A DNA stretch of 64,000 bases from positions 8,006-72,005 of the forward strand of contig JASBTD010000016.1 of the NCBI GenBank assembly GCA_030148605.1, read 5' to 3'. The stretch is from Erythrobacter sp. (lineage in GTDB: Bacteria; Pseudomonadota; Alphaproteobacteria; Sphingomonadales; Sphingomonadaceae). The notes beneath the pieces are model-generated. The model ran no database searches, had not been told where the DNA came from, and saw only the letters and a program-made list of their open reading frames with translations. Shown one piece after another: positions 39,621 to 49,709 of the stretch (positions within the stretch are counted from its first letter, which is position 1; each line of letters begins with the position of its first letter). A program made the translations under genes and the position numbers.

Positions 39621-41171
39621 ATGACCTGGGCCAAGGAACTCGAAGAACTGCGCCGCCGCGAAGAACTCGCCGAAGCGATGGGCGGGCCGGACAAGGTCTC
39701 GCGCCAGCATGGCCGCGGCAAGATGGATGCCCGCGCGCGGCTCGCGGCGCTGGTCGATGACGGCAGCTTTCGCGAGATCGGCAAGATTGCGGGCAAGGCC
39801 AGCTATGACGAGAGCGGCGATCTCGAAAGCATCCTTCCTGCCCCCTTCCTGTTCGGCAAAGCCACCATCAACGGCCGCCCGGTGGTGGCCACGGCAGACG
39901 ATTTCACCATTCGCGGCGGCGCGGCCGATGCCGGGATCAGCCGCAAGATGGTGCAGGCCGAAAAGATGGCGCATGAGCTGAAGCTGCCGCTGATCCGCAT
40001 GATCGATGGCACCGGCGGCGGCGGCTCGGTCAAGACGCTGGAGATGATTGGCGCGACCTATATCCCCGCCGTGCCCGGCTGGGGGGACGTGGTCGAGAAC
40101 CTCGACACGGTACCGGTCGTCGCGCTCGCGCTCGGGCCGACAGCGGGCCTGGGCGCGGCGCGCACTGTCGCCAGCCATTATTCGATCATGGTGCGCGGCC
40201 TCAGCCAGATTTTCGCTGCCGGCCCCGCCGTGGTCGACGGGCTGGGCGAGAAGTACAAGAGCGCCGCCGATCACCAGCAAGCCAAGGAAGAGCTGGGCGG
40301 ATCGAGCATCCACACCCGCAATGGCGTGGTCGATGATGAAGTTTCGAGCGAGGCCGAAGCCTTTGCCCGCGCGCGCCATTTCCTTTCCTTCATGCCCGAA
40401 CATGTCGGCCAGCTGGCGCGGCGATCCAACTGCACCGATCCGGTTCACCGCAAGGAAGAGGCACTGCTGAGCCTGGTGCCGCGCGATCCCAAGGCGGTCT
40501 ATTCGATGCGCCGCTGCATGGACATGGTGTTTGACCAAGGCACTGTGTTCGAAATCGGCAAGATGTGGGGCCGCGCCGCGATCACCGCGCTCGCCCGGCT
40601 CGACGGCTGGCCGGTGGCGGTGGTGGCAAGTGATCCCAGCTTCCTGGGCGGTTCATGGGAAGCGAAGACGAGCGAGAAGGTAGAGCGCTTCGTGAAGCTG
40701 GCTGACCAGTTCCGCCTGCCGGTCGTCCATCTGGTCGACAATCCCGGCTTCATGATCGGCAAGGAAGCGGAGATGGCGGGCACGATCCGCTATGGCGTCA
40801 ACGCGATGAACGCGATCTACAAGGCCACCGTGCCACTTGCCTCGATCGTGTTGCGCCGCGCCTATGGCATTGCAGGCAGCGCGATGAGCAATGCGGAGAG
40901 ATACCAGTACCGCTATTGCTGGCCCTCGGGCGACTGGGGTTCCCTCCCCATCGCGGGCGGGCTGGAAGTGGCGTACAAGTCCGAGCTCGAAGCAGCCGAG
41001 GATCCCGCCGCGATGCTGGAGGAAATCCGCGCGCGGCTCGACAAGGTGACTTCGCCGTTCCGCAGTGCCGAGCGCTTCAATGTCGAAGACATCATCGACC
41101 CGCGCGACACGCGGCCCTTGCTGTGCGAATTTGCGGACTTGGCCTGGCGCAAGCTTCAAAGCGAAGTCTAG
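39621..41171 (+). CDS. Acyl-CoA carboxylase carboxyltransferase (beta) subunit
   Basis: ARARLAALVD, DFTIRGGA, GPTAGLGA, LARLDGWPV and LVDNPGFMIG. Confidence 0.92.
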   Translation: MTWAKELEELRRREELAEAMGGPDKVSRQHGRGKMDARARLAALVDDGSFREIGKIAGKASYDESGDLESILPAPFLFGKATINGRPVVATADDFTIRGGAADAGISRKMVQAEKMAHELKLPLIRMIDGTGGGGSVKTLEMIGATYIPAVPGWGDVVENLDTVPVVALALGPTAGLGAARTVASHYSIMVRGLSQIFAAGPAVVDGLGEKYKSAADHQQAKEELGGSSIHTRNGVVDDEVSSEAEAFARARHFLSFMPEHVGQLARRSNCTDPVHRKEEALLSLVPRDPKAVYSMRRCMDMVFDQGTVFEIGKMWGRAAITALARLDGWPVAVVASDPSFLGGSWEAKTSEKVERFVKLADQFRLPVVHLVDNPGFMIGKEAEMAGTIRYGVNAMNAIYKATVPLASIVLRRAYGIAGSAMSNAERYQYRYCWPSGDWGSLPIAGGLEVAYKSELEAAEDPAAMLEEIRARLDKVTSPFRSAERFNVEDIIDPRDTRPLLCEFADLAWRKLQSEV

Positions 41172-42430
41172 CCTCTCAGAATATCGTGCAATTCCATATA
41201 TCGCCGCGCCTGGTTCGGGCGGCGGAAAAGCTTGCCGCGCACGCTGTAAAGCACCAACGCCAGCGCGGTAGACGCACATAGCGTCATGGCGATGCCCAGC
41301 GGCAGTGCCGTGCCATCATAGGCTTGCCCGATCAGCGCGCCGAGCACCGCGCCCGTTACCATGCGCACGCTGGTTTGCGCGGAAGAGGCCGCGCCCGCGA
41401 TCTGCTGGAACGGTTGCATCGCGATCGAGCTGAAATTCGCCCCGACAAAGCCCAGCATGGTCATGTTGAGCGCCAGCAGCGGCACGAATTCCCACAGCGT
41501 CTGGCCATCCTGGCTGGCTGAGAGAACCTGCAGCAGGCTGACAATCAGGAAGCCGATCAGCGCGGTATGGCTCACTCGGCGCGCGCCGAATTTCTCGACG
41601 ATGCGCGAATTGGTGAAGCTGGCGATTACCATGCCGATGATCGACGCGCCGAATATCAGCGCGAAATAATTGCCCGCGCCAAAGCTTTCCGCGATCAGCT
41701 GCTGGCTCGAGTTCAAGAAACCGAACAGCGATCCGAACACCAGCGCGCTGCCGATCACATAACCGACAGAAACGCGGTTGGAGAGCGACTGGCCCATGTT
41801 CTTCAGGATCGTAAGCGGATCGATCTGCTGGACATTCTCTTGCGTAAGGCTTTCCGGCAAACGCAGCCAGGTCCACAACCCGATGATCACACCCATCAGT
41901 GCCATACCGTCAAATATCGCGCGCCAGTCAAAGAAGAACAGGATCAACTGACCGATCGCTGGCGCAACAATCGGCACGGCAAGGAAGATCATGATGATCA
42001 GGCTCATCATCCGCGCCATGCGGTCGCCGCCCACCCGGTCACGCACAATCGCAGTCGGCACCACGCTGAGCCCGGCACAGGCAATTCCCTGCACCAGCCG
42101 CAGGAACAGCAAGGTTTCGAAATCCTGCACCCATGAGCACGCGAGCGACAGCACGATGTAAGAGATCAGGCCAGCGAACAGGACCGGTCGCCGCCCGAAC
42201 CGATCCGCGAATGCACCCGGAAAAAACGCGCCAATCCCTGCGCCCAGGAAATAGGCGCTGATCACATATTGCCGATCATTCCCGCCAGCGCCCAGCTCGT
42301 CTGCCATCACGCCAAGAGCAGGCAGCATCGAATCGATGCCGAAAGCCTGCAGGCTCATCAGCGAAGCCATAAGGACAATCAGCTCGCGCTCGCCAAACGG
42401 GCGGGAAGTAGAGGGAGCCGGAGAGGACAT
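41168..42430 (-). CDS. Bcr/CflA-family MFS efflux transporter
   Basis: GIDSMLPAL, GAFADRFGRRPV, RLVQGI and VPIVAPAIG; about 12 TM helices. Confidence 0.9.
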   Translation of the reverse strand: MSSPAPSTSRPFGERELIVLMASLMSLQAFGIDSMLPALGVMADELGAGGNDRQYVISAYFLGAGIGAFFPGAFADRFGRRPVLFAGLISYIVLSLACSWVQDFETLLFLRLVQGIACAGLSVVPTAIVRDRVGGDRMARMMSLIIMIFLAVPIVAPAIGQLILFFFDWRAIFDGMALMGVIIGLWTWLRLPESLTQENVQQIDPLTILKNMGQSLSNRVSVGYVIGSALVFGSLFGFLNSSQQLIAESFGAGNYFALIFGASIIGMVIASFTNSRIVEKFGARRVSHTALIGFLIVSLLQVLSASQDGQTLWEFVPLLALNMTMLGFVGANFSSIAMQPFQQIAGAASSAQTSVRMVTGAVLGALIGQAYDGTALPLGIAMTLCASTALALVLYSVRGKLFRRPNQARRYMELHDILRG

Positions 42431-42542
42431 GGCAATGCCCTTGCGCCCATATGTCCGCCAAGGAAAGCCGCCTTTTTGATCAGGGCCCAATTCGCATGCA
42501 GGCGTGCTTTCACTGCATCGCTGCCGCGACTATGATCGCGCC

Positions 42543-43673
42543 ATGTCCGAACATAGCGACAGCGATGATGCAAATGAAGGCAGCGAGTCGCGCGGCCTCA
42601 GGAAGATCATCCATGTCGATATGGACGCCTTCTTTGCCAGCGTGGAACAGCGCGACAATCCGGAATTGCGCGGCAAGCCAGTGGCGGTGGGCGGTGCAGG
42701 CGGGCGCGGCGTGGTTGCCGCCGCCAGCTATGAAGCGCGCACATTCGGCGTGCGCAGCGCCATGCCTTCAGTCACCGCCAAGCGGCTGTGCCCTGACCTG
42801 ATCTTCGTGCGCCACCGCTTCGATGCCTATAAGGAAGCGAGCCGCACGATCCGCAAGATCTTCGAGCACTATACCCCGCATGTCGAACCACTGAGCCTGG
42901 ATGAAGCCTATCTCGATGTGACAGACGATTTGCTGGGGATCGGCAGCGCCACACGCATTGCCGAGCTGATCCGGCAGGAAATCAAAGCCAAGACCAGGCT
43001 GACGGCCAGCGCCGGGGTGAGCTACAACAAGTTCCTTGCCAAGATTGCGAGCGACCAGAACAAGCCCGATGGCATGTGCGTGATCCGCCCGGGGCAAGGT
43101 GCGGATTTCGTTGCGGGCCTGCCGGTGCGGCGGTTCCACGGGGTCGGGCCCAAAGGCGCGGAGAAAATGGCGCGGCTTGGAATCACCACTGGCGCAGACC
43201 TCGCGGCGAAAGACATCGCCTTCCTGCGCCAGCATTTCGGCAGCCAGGCCGATTACCTTTATCGCGCCGCGCGCGGAATCGACCTGCGCCCGGTGCGTGC
43301 CCACCGCATCCGCAAGTCAGTTGGCGGCGAACGCACATTCAGCGAGGATATCTCGTCCGGCCCGGCGCTGCGCGAAACGCTCGACACTATCATCGACATT
43401 GTCTGGGACAGTATCGAGAAGACCGAGGCCAAGGGCCGAACCATCACGCTGAAGATGAAATATACCGATTTCCAGAATGTGACGCGCGCGAAAACGATCG
43501 ACCATCCGGTTGCCGAAAAGGCAGAGTTTGCCCGCATCTCGCGCGCGCTGCTTGACGAATTGCTGCCGCTGCCACTTCCAATCCGGCTGATGGGGCTGAC
43601 GCTGTCAAAGCTGGAAGGCGACGGAAGCAAGCCGGAACACCCGCGCGACGAGGCTCAGCTCTCGCTGCTTTAG
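42543..43673 (+). CDS. dinB: DNA polymerase IV
   Basis: IIHVDMDAFFASVEQRD, AASYEAR, SLDEAYLD and NKFLAKIASD..KPDG. Confidence 0.96.
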   Translation: MSEHSDSDDANEGSESRGLRKIIHVDMDAFFASVEQRDNPELRGKPVAVGGAGGRGVVAAASYEARTFGVRSAMPSVTAKRLCPDLIFVRHRFDAYKEASRTIRKIFEHYTPHVEPLSLDEAYLDVTDDLLGIGSATRIAELIRQEIKAKTRLTASAGVSYNKFLAKIASDQNKPDGMCVIRPGQGADFVAGLPVRRFHGVGPKGAEKMARLGITTGADLAAKDIAFLRQHFGSQADYLYRAARGIDLRPVRAHRIRKSVGGERTFSEDISSGPALRETLDTIIDIVWDSIEKTEAKGRTITLKMKYTDFQNVTRAKTIDHPVAEKAEFARISRALLDELLPLPLPIRLMGLTLSKLEGDGSKPEHPRDEAQLSLL

Positions 43674-44149
43674 CGTCGCTTGCGCCAGTGCTCCAGCGCA
43701 CGACGGGTCGCCCCGCCGAGCGGTTCGGGCAGCGAATGCAAGGGAAAGAAGCGCGCTTCGAGCACCTCGCGCCTGTCAGGCCGCGGACGCTGATCCACGA
43801 TCGCTGCGAACAGGTGCATAGTGTGCGGCGAGTCGGAGATTGTCCCTTCCAATTCGCCGATCGGCTTGAGCGATGTCACCGCAAGGCCCAGCTCTTCGTC
43901 AAGCTCGCGCCGCGCCGCGTCGACGGGTTGTTCACCCCGATCCACGCCCCCGCCCGGCAACTGCCAATCCTGCGGGCCATAGCTGTGCTTGAGCAGCAGG
44001 ATCTCACCGCGAAAATCGGTCAAAATCACATTGCACCCGTGGATTGGCACTTTGCGCCATTTCCGCCAGCGATGCCGCAGCGGAAAGATAAGCTGCAGCG
44101 CCAGCCGGTGCAGCGGCGCAGGCATCATGCGTTCGATCAGGCGAAGCAT
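43670..44149 (-). CDS. NUDIX hydrolase
   Basis: WQLPGGGVDRGEQPVDAARRELDEELGL Nudix box. Confidence 0.9.
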   Translation of the reverse strand: MLRLIERMMPAPLHRLALQLIFPLRHRWRKWRKVPIHGCNVILTDFRGEILLLKHSYGPQDWQLPGGGVDRGEQPVDAARRELDEELGLAVTSLKPIGELEGTISDSPHTMHLFAAIVDQRPRPDRREVLEARFFPLHSLPEPLGGATRRALEHWRKRR

Positions 44150-44760
44150 GTGGCTTTCTGGCTTGTCGCGCCGAGCAGCCGCGCGATCGGCAAATCATGC
44201 TCGCTCGCCACAGCCGCATCGAACACTTCGCGTTTGTCGCTCGCGCCGCCCAAAGTGAACAGCAACGCATCCGAGTTCAGCAGCGCGGGAATAGTCAGTG
44301 TGATCCGGTCAAACGGCGCATGCGGCGGCAAGGGATCGGGAGTGAGGCGGCGCACGAGTTGCGCGTCGTCAACTCGCGGATCGGTATTGGGAAAGAGCGA
44401 GGCAATATGGCCATCTCCGCCCATGCCCAACCAGGCGACCGCAAAATGCGGCGGTCGTGCGTCTTCGCTGAGAGCGTGGATGCGCGCGCCGACCGGCTCG
44501 AACAGCGCGCGTATCTTGCCGGTATTGGAAGCTTCGTGGTCTTCAGGCACGATCCGGTCATCGCCCGGCCACACTACAAGCCGTGACCAGTCGAGATCGC
44601 GCGCAACCAATTGCTCCATGATCGGAAACGGGGTCGAACCGCCTGGAACAGTGATCGCCACTTCACCTTCGCATGCTGCCATCGCTTCCGCGAGGCGAGC
44701 TTCGAGCCAGTCCGCAATCGCACCCGCATCGGCGCCTTCAATGATCGTCACGTCTGCCAT
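44137..44760 (-). CDS. pgl: 6-phosphogluconolactonase
   Basis: PGGSTP, GDDRIVP..HEASN, LGMGGDGHIASLFP and RITLT. Confidence 0.88.
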   Translation of the reverse strand: MADVTIIEGADAGAIADWLEARLAEAMAACEGEVAITVPGGSTPFPIMEQLVARDLDWSRLVVWPGDDRIVPEDHEASNTGKIRALFEPVGARIHALSEDARPPHFAVAWLGMGGDGHIASLFPNTDPRVDDAQLVRRLTPDPLPPHAPFDRITLTIPALLNSDALLFTLGGASDKREVFDAAVASEHDLPIARLLGATSQKATCFA

Positions 44761-44774
44761 AAACCCCTGATAGC

Positions 44775-44809
44775 AAAAGGGCCGCTCCCGGCTACCCGGA
44801 AACGACCCT
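44775..44809 (-). terminator. Intrinsic terminator after dps
   Basis: Minus strand: agggtcgtttccggg...cgggagcggccc followed by tttt. Confidence 0.6.
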
Positions 44810-44850
44810 GTCGCATATGTATTCTTGGTCAGGCTCACGCCTGAACGCGA

Positions 44851-45315
44851 TCAGTTCTCAAGCAGCGAGTTCAGGAACCACACGCGTTCTTCCGCCATGT
44901 CGGTCCAATCGTCGATCAGGCCATCGGTCGCATTGTCACGTGCTTCTTCGGCCAGTTCCTTCATGCCCTTCAAGCGCTCAACCAGTTTGCGATTATCGTC
45001 GCGCAATTCAGCGATCATCTGTTCCGCGCTCAGCGTGGTGCTGTCCTGGTCCTTGATCTGGGTGTGCTGGGCAATCGCGCCAACCGATGTCAGCGTATCG
45101 CCGCCATTCTTGCGCACGCGTTCGCCAATAGCATCGATCTGGCCCTGGATTTCAAGCGCTTGCTCGTCAAACAGCAAGTGCAGATCACGGAAGCGCGGCC
45201 CCTTCACATGCCAGTGGAAATTCTTAGTCTTCAGGTAGAGCGCGAAATGGTCTGCCAGCAGGGCATTGATCTCTACATTGAGTGCAGTCAGCGAATTATT
45301 GTTGGGGTCCAACAT
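44851..45315 (-). CDS. dps: Dps DNA-protecting ferritin-like protein
   Basis: LYLKTKNFHWHVKGPRFRDLHLLFDEQ and DAIGER. Confidence 0.95.
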   Translation of the reverse strand: MLDPNNNSLTALNVEINALLADHFALYLKTKNFHWHVKGPRFRDLHLLFDEQALEIQGQIDAIGERVRKNGGDTLTSVGAIAQHTQIKDQDSTTLSAEQMIAELRDDNRKLVERLKGMKELAEEARDNATDGLIDDWTDMAEERVWFLNSLLEN

Positions 45316-45393
45316 GTCAAAACTCCTTTCAATTGCGGCGCGATCAATCCGATAGGCTTCGGAGCTCGCCGCCGTGTGAATGTCTGTATATAT

Positions 45394-45418
45394 AATGGCT
45401 TACGCGGAAATTTGTTCC
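45394..45418 (-). promoter_or_regulatory. Putative sigma-EcfG (general stress response) promoter of dps
   Basis: Minus strand reads GGAAC-N16-CATT, matching the alphaproteobacterial EcfG/SigT consensus GGAAC-N16/17-(C)GTT or ATT. dps is a usual member of this regulon. Confidence 0.55.
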
Positions 45419-45512
45419 GACTAATGCAGGTCACATTGATCGACTTAAGCGATCATTTGGATATTATTTAAACGAAACAAACGATTAGAGAGATGGCTTG
45501 AGCGGAAAAACT

Positions 45513-46076
45513 CTAAGCACCGTGGCTGCCCGCGATCCAGATAACGAAACCACCCGCCAGCAACGCCAACGCCGCCAAAATCCAACGCATGACTCGGACC
45601 CATTTGGCCTCGCTATCGAATGCGGGAAACTGCCATGCAGCGAGCAGCGCCATGGCGCTTCCGAACCAGACGGCGAACCCTGCCTCGATCGGCGCCTGCG
45701 TGGCTGCGGCAGCCGCAAAGCCCAGCCAGCGCGGCGCATCGAACAATTGTTTCGCCAACATGGCCAGTGTGATCGCGCCGATCGAGCGCGTCGGTTCCGC
45801 GATGGTCACTCGTCGCACTGGCCACAGCAGCTCGATTGCAGCGAGGCCAAGGCCTCCAGCGATGAGCATCGCGCGCGACAGTCCGATCAGCTGCCCTGCA
45901 AGCCACGCGCCAAGAATTGCCATGACGAATGCTGTAATGACGCTTGAGAATACAGCTGTATTCGGGAGCAGCGCCGAACGCTGAAGGCTCTGATCGAGCG
46001 CCGAGACCAGAACTTGCGCGCGGCCACCCATGGTCGCGGCAAAACTTGCCAGCAGCAGGAAGATCGCAAGGTCCAT
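45513..46076 (-). CDS. Hypothetical 6-TM protein, possibly a degenerate UPF0016/GDT1 homolog
   Basis: Two-repeat TM layout. MGGRAQVL sits where UPF0016 has ExGDKTQL, so the canonical motif is not conserved. Confidence 0.5.
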   Translation of the reverse strand: MDLAIFLLLASFAATMGGRAQVLVSALDQSLQRSALLPNTAVFSSVITAFVMAILGAWLAGQLIGLSRAMLIAGGLGLAAIELLWPVRRVTIAEPTRSIGAITLAMLAKQLFDAPRWLGFAAAAATQAPIEAGFAVWFGSAMALLAAWQFPAFDSEAKWVRVMRWILAALALLAGGFVIWIAGSHGA

Positions 46077-46167
46077 TGCCCTTGCCATGCACCATTTGAG
46101 GAGGCGATATAAGCCAGCAATTCGGCCTATCGAACCGATCGAAGTCAATTTTCCATGGGAGCAGGCA

Positions 46168-46962
46168 ATGAAACTCGAACAAGGCATGGCAGCAGTCGTC
46201 ACAGGCGGCGCATCGGGATTGGGCCGCGCCAGCGCGCAAGCGCTTGCCGATCAGGGGCTGAAAGTCGCGATCTTCGACATCAATCACGAGGATGGCGAAG
46301 CGCATGCCAAGGCGATCGGCGGCACTTTCCACCATGTCGACATCATGGATGAGCAATCGGTCGAAGCCGGCTTTGCCGCCGCGCGCTCAGCCAATGGTCA
46401 GGAACGCGTGACAGTCCATTGCGCCATGGCATCTCGGCGCGGAAAGACGCTGGGCTGGGACAAGGAAAACGGCTGCTACAAACGCTTGCCGACTGAGGAT
46501 TACGCCTTTGGCGCAGAGGGTATCCTGGTGGCCAGCTATCGCATTGCCAGCATTTCCGCGCTGGGCATGGCGAACAGCGAACCGCTCAATGAAGATGGCG
46601 AGCGCGGCTGCATTACCCTCACCGCCAGTGTCGCCGCGCAAGACGGGCAGATCGGCCAGGTGATCTACGGCAGCTGCAAGTCTGGCGTGAACGGGTTGGT
46701 CCTTCCCATGGCGCGCGACCTGATGGATATCGGCATCCGCGTGAATTCGGTGATGCCGGGCATCTTCGCCACCCCTCTGATGCTGGGGATGAAGGATCGC
46801 AATCCGGCGATGTGGGCGCAATTGAACGCCAGCGTGCCCTTCCCCAAGCGGCTTGGCCATCCGGAGGAATTCGCTTCGCTGATCTGCGAGATTGCGCGCA
46901 ACACATATATCAACGGGCACCAGTTCCGGCTCGACGGCGCGATCCGGATGCCGCCGAAGTAG
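46168..46962 (+). CDS. SDR oxidoreductase (3-hydroxyacyl-CoA dehydrogenase type II-like)
   Basis: VTGGASGLG, TASVAAQDGQIGQVIYGSCKSG, PMARDL and FPKRLG.PEEFA. Confidence 0.9.
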   Translation: MKLEQGMAAVVTGGASGLGRASAQALADQGLKVAIFDINHEDGEAHAKAIGGTFHHVDIMDEQSVEAGFAAARSANGQERVTVHCAMASRRGKTLGWDKENGCYKRLPTEDYAFGAEGILVASYRIASISALGMANSEPLNEDGERGCITLTASVAAQDGQIGQVIYGSCKSGVNGLVLPMARDLMDIGIRVNSVMPGIFATPLMLGMKDRNPAMWAQLNASVPFPKRLGHPEEFASLICEIARNTYINGHQFRLDGAIRMPPK

Positions 46963-46980
46963 GGTGTTAAAGACCTGATC

Positions 46981-47072
46981 CGTCATTGCGAGGAGGCCCG
47001 AACCTGTTTCGGGGCGACGCGGCAATCCAGCAAGCGACGGATATGGATTGCTTCGCTACGCTCGCAATGACG
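46981..47072. repeat. CGTC-tagged REP dimer
   Basis: cgtcattgcgag ... ctcgcaatgacg terminal inverted repeat, with inner gcaatcca/tggattgc arms. Confidence 0.85.
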
Positions 47073-47086
47073 AGGAAGGAAAACAA

Positions 47087-48157
47087 ATGACCACAGCAAC
47101 CAATGAATACCCGACCAAGGCCTATGGCGCGACCGCGCCTGACAGCGGCGTAGGGCCGATGGAGATCGTGCGGCGGGGCCTGCGCCATGACGATGTGCTG
47201 ATCGACATCACCCATTGCGGCATCTGCCATTCAGACCTGCACACTGCTCGCAATGACTGGGGCCGCACGACCTATCCGATCGTGCCTGGCCACGAAATCG
47301 TGGGCACAGTTGCCGCAATTGGCGAGAGCGTGACCCGCCATGAAGTGGGTGACAGAGTGGCCATTGGCTGCCTCGTCGACAGCTGCATGGAGTGCAAGCA
47401 CTGCGACGCTGACCTTGAGCAATATTGTGTCGAAGGCGGCGCTACCGGCACATACAACAGCAAGGACCGGCGCGACGGCTCGCCCACTCATGGCGGCTAT
47501 TCAGAGCGAATCGTGTGCCGCGAAGAATTCGTGCTCAAGGTGCCCGACAACTTGCCGATGGCGGAAGCCGCACCGCTGCTATGCGCGGGGATCACCAGCT
47601 ATTCGCCGCTCAAGACCTGGAAGATCGGCCCGGGCAGCAAGGTGGCGGTCGCAGGGCTGGGCGGGCTCGGCCATATGGGAGTGAAGCTGGCGGCGGCGAT
47701 GGGCGCGGAAGTAACTGTGCTCAGCCGCAGCGAAAGCAAGCGCGAGGACGCGGAAAAGCTTGGCGCGCATGATTTCCTCAACACGTCAGACAAAACCGCG
47801 ATGAAAGGCAAGACCGGCTATTTCGACATGGTGCTCAACACCATTCCGGTGCGCCACGATGTCACGCCATACCTGCACCTGTTGCGCATCGACGGGGTGC
47901 AAGTGCTGGTGGGCATGATCGACATGATGCCTGAAGTGCACACCGGGATCCTTCTGGGCCGCAAGGTCCTCACCGGAAGCGGGATCGGCGGGCTCGCCGA
48001 AACACAGGAAATGCTGGAGTTCTGCGCCGAACACGGGATTGTGCCCGATATCGAAGTGATCCCGATGCACGACATCAACCACGCTTATGAACGGATGGAA
48101 GCGAGCGATGTAAAGTATCGCTTCGTGATCGATATGGAGAGCTTGCGCGAAGGGTAA
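47087..48157 (+). CDS. Zn-dependent NAD(P) alcohol dehydrogenase (cinnamyl/YahK-like)
   Basis: CGICHSD, GHEIVG, CMECKHC...C, APLLCAGIT and GLGGLGHMG. Confidence 0.92.
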   Translation: MTTATNEYPTKAYGATAPDSGVGPMEIVRRGLRHDDVLIDITHCGICHSDLHTARNDWGRTTYPIVPGHEIVGTVAAIGESVTRHEVGDRVAIGCLVDSCMECKHCDADLEQYCVEGGATGTYNSKDRRDGSPTHGGYSERIVCREEFVLKVPDNLPMAEAAPLLCAGITSYSPLKTWKIGPGSKVAVAGLGGLGHMGVKLAAAMGAEVTVLSRSESKREDAEKLGAHDFLNTSDKTAMKGKTGYFDMVLNTIPVRHDVTPYLHLLRIDGVQVLVGMIDMMPEVHTGILLGRKVLTGSGIGGLAETQEMLEFCAEHGIVPDIEVIPMHDINHAYERMEASDVKYRFVIDMESLREG

Positions 48158-48169
48158 ACCGAAAGTCAG

Positions 48170-48769
48170 CTATGCGCGGCCTTTGGGCTGGTCGGCAATC
48201 CTTGCTTCGATCAATTCTGCAAGAAGATCAGCCGTCTCCACAATCGGGCGCCGGTTGCGTTCCACGCGCGCCTGAACGAGGCTTCCCTGCATCGCATTGG
48301 TGCACAGCATCGCAAGCCGCTCCGCATCACCGTCGCTCATGCCATCGGCGCGCAATTTCTCCGCAAGCACCTCGTGACGTGCGGCAAAAGCATGTCGGCC
48401 AGCTTCTGCGACCTCGAAATTGCCCGGAGCGAGCTCGAGCAACACCGTTGTCATCGGGCAACCGTCTCTGAAACCGGATTTCTCCATCCACCCTGCGAGC
48501 AAGGCAGCGTGACTGCGCAAGAGATCGCCGGTCGAACCGGATTTTCCCGCCAGTGTTTCAAGCGTTTCAACGACCCGGCGGCCTGCCTCTTCGACTGCAG
48601 CCACCGCGATGGATGGCTTCCCCTCGGGGAAATAGTGATACATTGAACCCTTTGGCGAACCGCTCTCATCGACCAGTTCGTTGAGCCCGGTTGCGGCATA
48701 GCCTTGTTGCCGGAACAGGCGAACCGCCGCATCAATGATCGGCTGCCGGTGTTTTGCCTTGCCTGCCAT
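48170..48769 (-). CDS. TetR/AcrR regulator, LmrA/YxaF/NemR-like
   Basis: FRQQGYAATGLNELV..SGSPKGSMYHYFPEGK and GCPMTTVLLE. Confidence 0.9.
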   Translation of the reverse strand: MAGKAKHRQPIIDAAVRLFRQQGYAATGLNELVDESGSPKGSMYHYFPEGKPSIAVAAVEEAGRRVVETLETLAGKSGSTGDLLRSHAALLAGWMEKSGFRDGCPMTTVLLELAPGNFEVAEAGRHAFAARHEVLAEKLRADGMSDGDAERLAMLCTNAMQGSLVQARVERNRRPIVETADLLAELIEARIADQPKGRA

Positions 48770-48856
48770 AGCTTCTCCTGCCGCGATTCCATCAATTCCT
48801 GAGCGACAGCGGCCTTGCGGTCAAGCCAGGCAAGGACGCAAACCGGCTCCGGAATA

Positions 48857-48874
48857 ATTATATTGACTGGTCTA
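48857..48874. promoter_or_regulatory. Probable operator of the adjacent TetR
   Basis: ATTATATTGACTGGTCTA lies between divergent genes and resembles the LmrA/YxaF box as I recall it (AWTATAtagaNYGgTCTA). Confidence 0.55.
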
Positions 48875-48919
48875 TATCATTTTGCCAGATCTGCGTCGAA
48901 CGAACAAGGTGATTCGACA

Positions 48920-49615
48920 ATGACTGATGCAGTGACTTATGAATTCGGAGACGGGCAGGCGACGATCACGATCGACGATGGCAAGGTCAATGTCATGACT
49001 GTCGGCTTGCTTGATCAATTGTGCGCCGCCGTTGCGCGGGCAGAGGCCGACGAAGCGATGATTGTGCTGCGGTCAGGGCGTGAGAAGGTCTTTTCAGCAG
49101 GTTTCGACGTCAAGCCGCTGGCAAGCCGCGATGTCGAGGCAAGCCGCATGCTGCTGGAAGCCGGGGTCAAAGCGATCCTTGCGCTGCTCCAGCACCCGTT
49201 CCCGGTTGTAACCCTGTGCCATGGGCATGCCTATCCGATGGGCGCATTCCTGCTGCTGGCTTCGGACGTGCGGATCGGCACCCGGGGCGATTATCGCATC
49301 GGCATGAACGAAGTTGCAATCGGCATCGCCGTGCCCGATTTCGCACTTGAGCTGGCGCGGCACCGCCTGTTGCCATCATGGCTGCACCGTACGGCCGCGC
49401 TGGGCCAGATGCTGGAACCCCCAGAAGCGGTGGAGGCTGGTTTTCTCGATCTGTTGGTCGAACCGGCCATGCTTCATGCCACCGCCAAACAGATTACCGC
49501 GCAACTGAAACAGATCGACATGGCGGCTCATGCCTCCACCAAGCGGCGCCTGCGCGCCGATATCGTCTCCGCAATTGGCACTGCCGCAAGCGAAAGGTTG
49601 ATGGCGAGTGTCTAG
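48920..49615 (+). CDS. Crotonase/enoyl-CoA hydratase family protein
   Basis: IDDGKVN, FSAGFD, GHAYPMGAFLLLASDVRIG and IGMNEVAIG. Confidence 0.88.
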   Translation: MTDAVTYEFGDGQATITIDDGKVNVMTVGLLDQLCAAVARAEADEAMIVLRSGREKVFSAGFDVKPLASRDVEASRMLLEAGVKAILALLQHPFPVVTLCHGHAYPMGAFLLLASDVRIGTRGDYRIGMNEVAIGIAVPDFALELARHRLLPSWLHRTAALGQMLEPPEAVEAGFLDLLVEPAMLHATAKQITAQLKQIDMAAHASTKRRLRADIVSAIGTAASERLMASV

Positions 49616-49709
49616 AGTGGTTCGGAGCTGCCGCTTGAGGGCCATCTCCATGTCGTTCGCGATGTCTTTCGGGTCGCTGGCAGCTCCGGACATTTTCGAG
49701 GATTGAACG

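Noticed and set aside
42431-42542. Searched for an alphaproteobacterial LexA box upstream of dinB
   Set aside because: No GTTC-N7-GTTC or GAAC-N7-GAAC found by eye.
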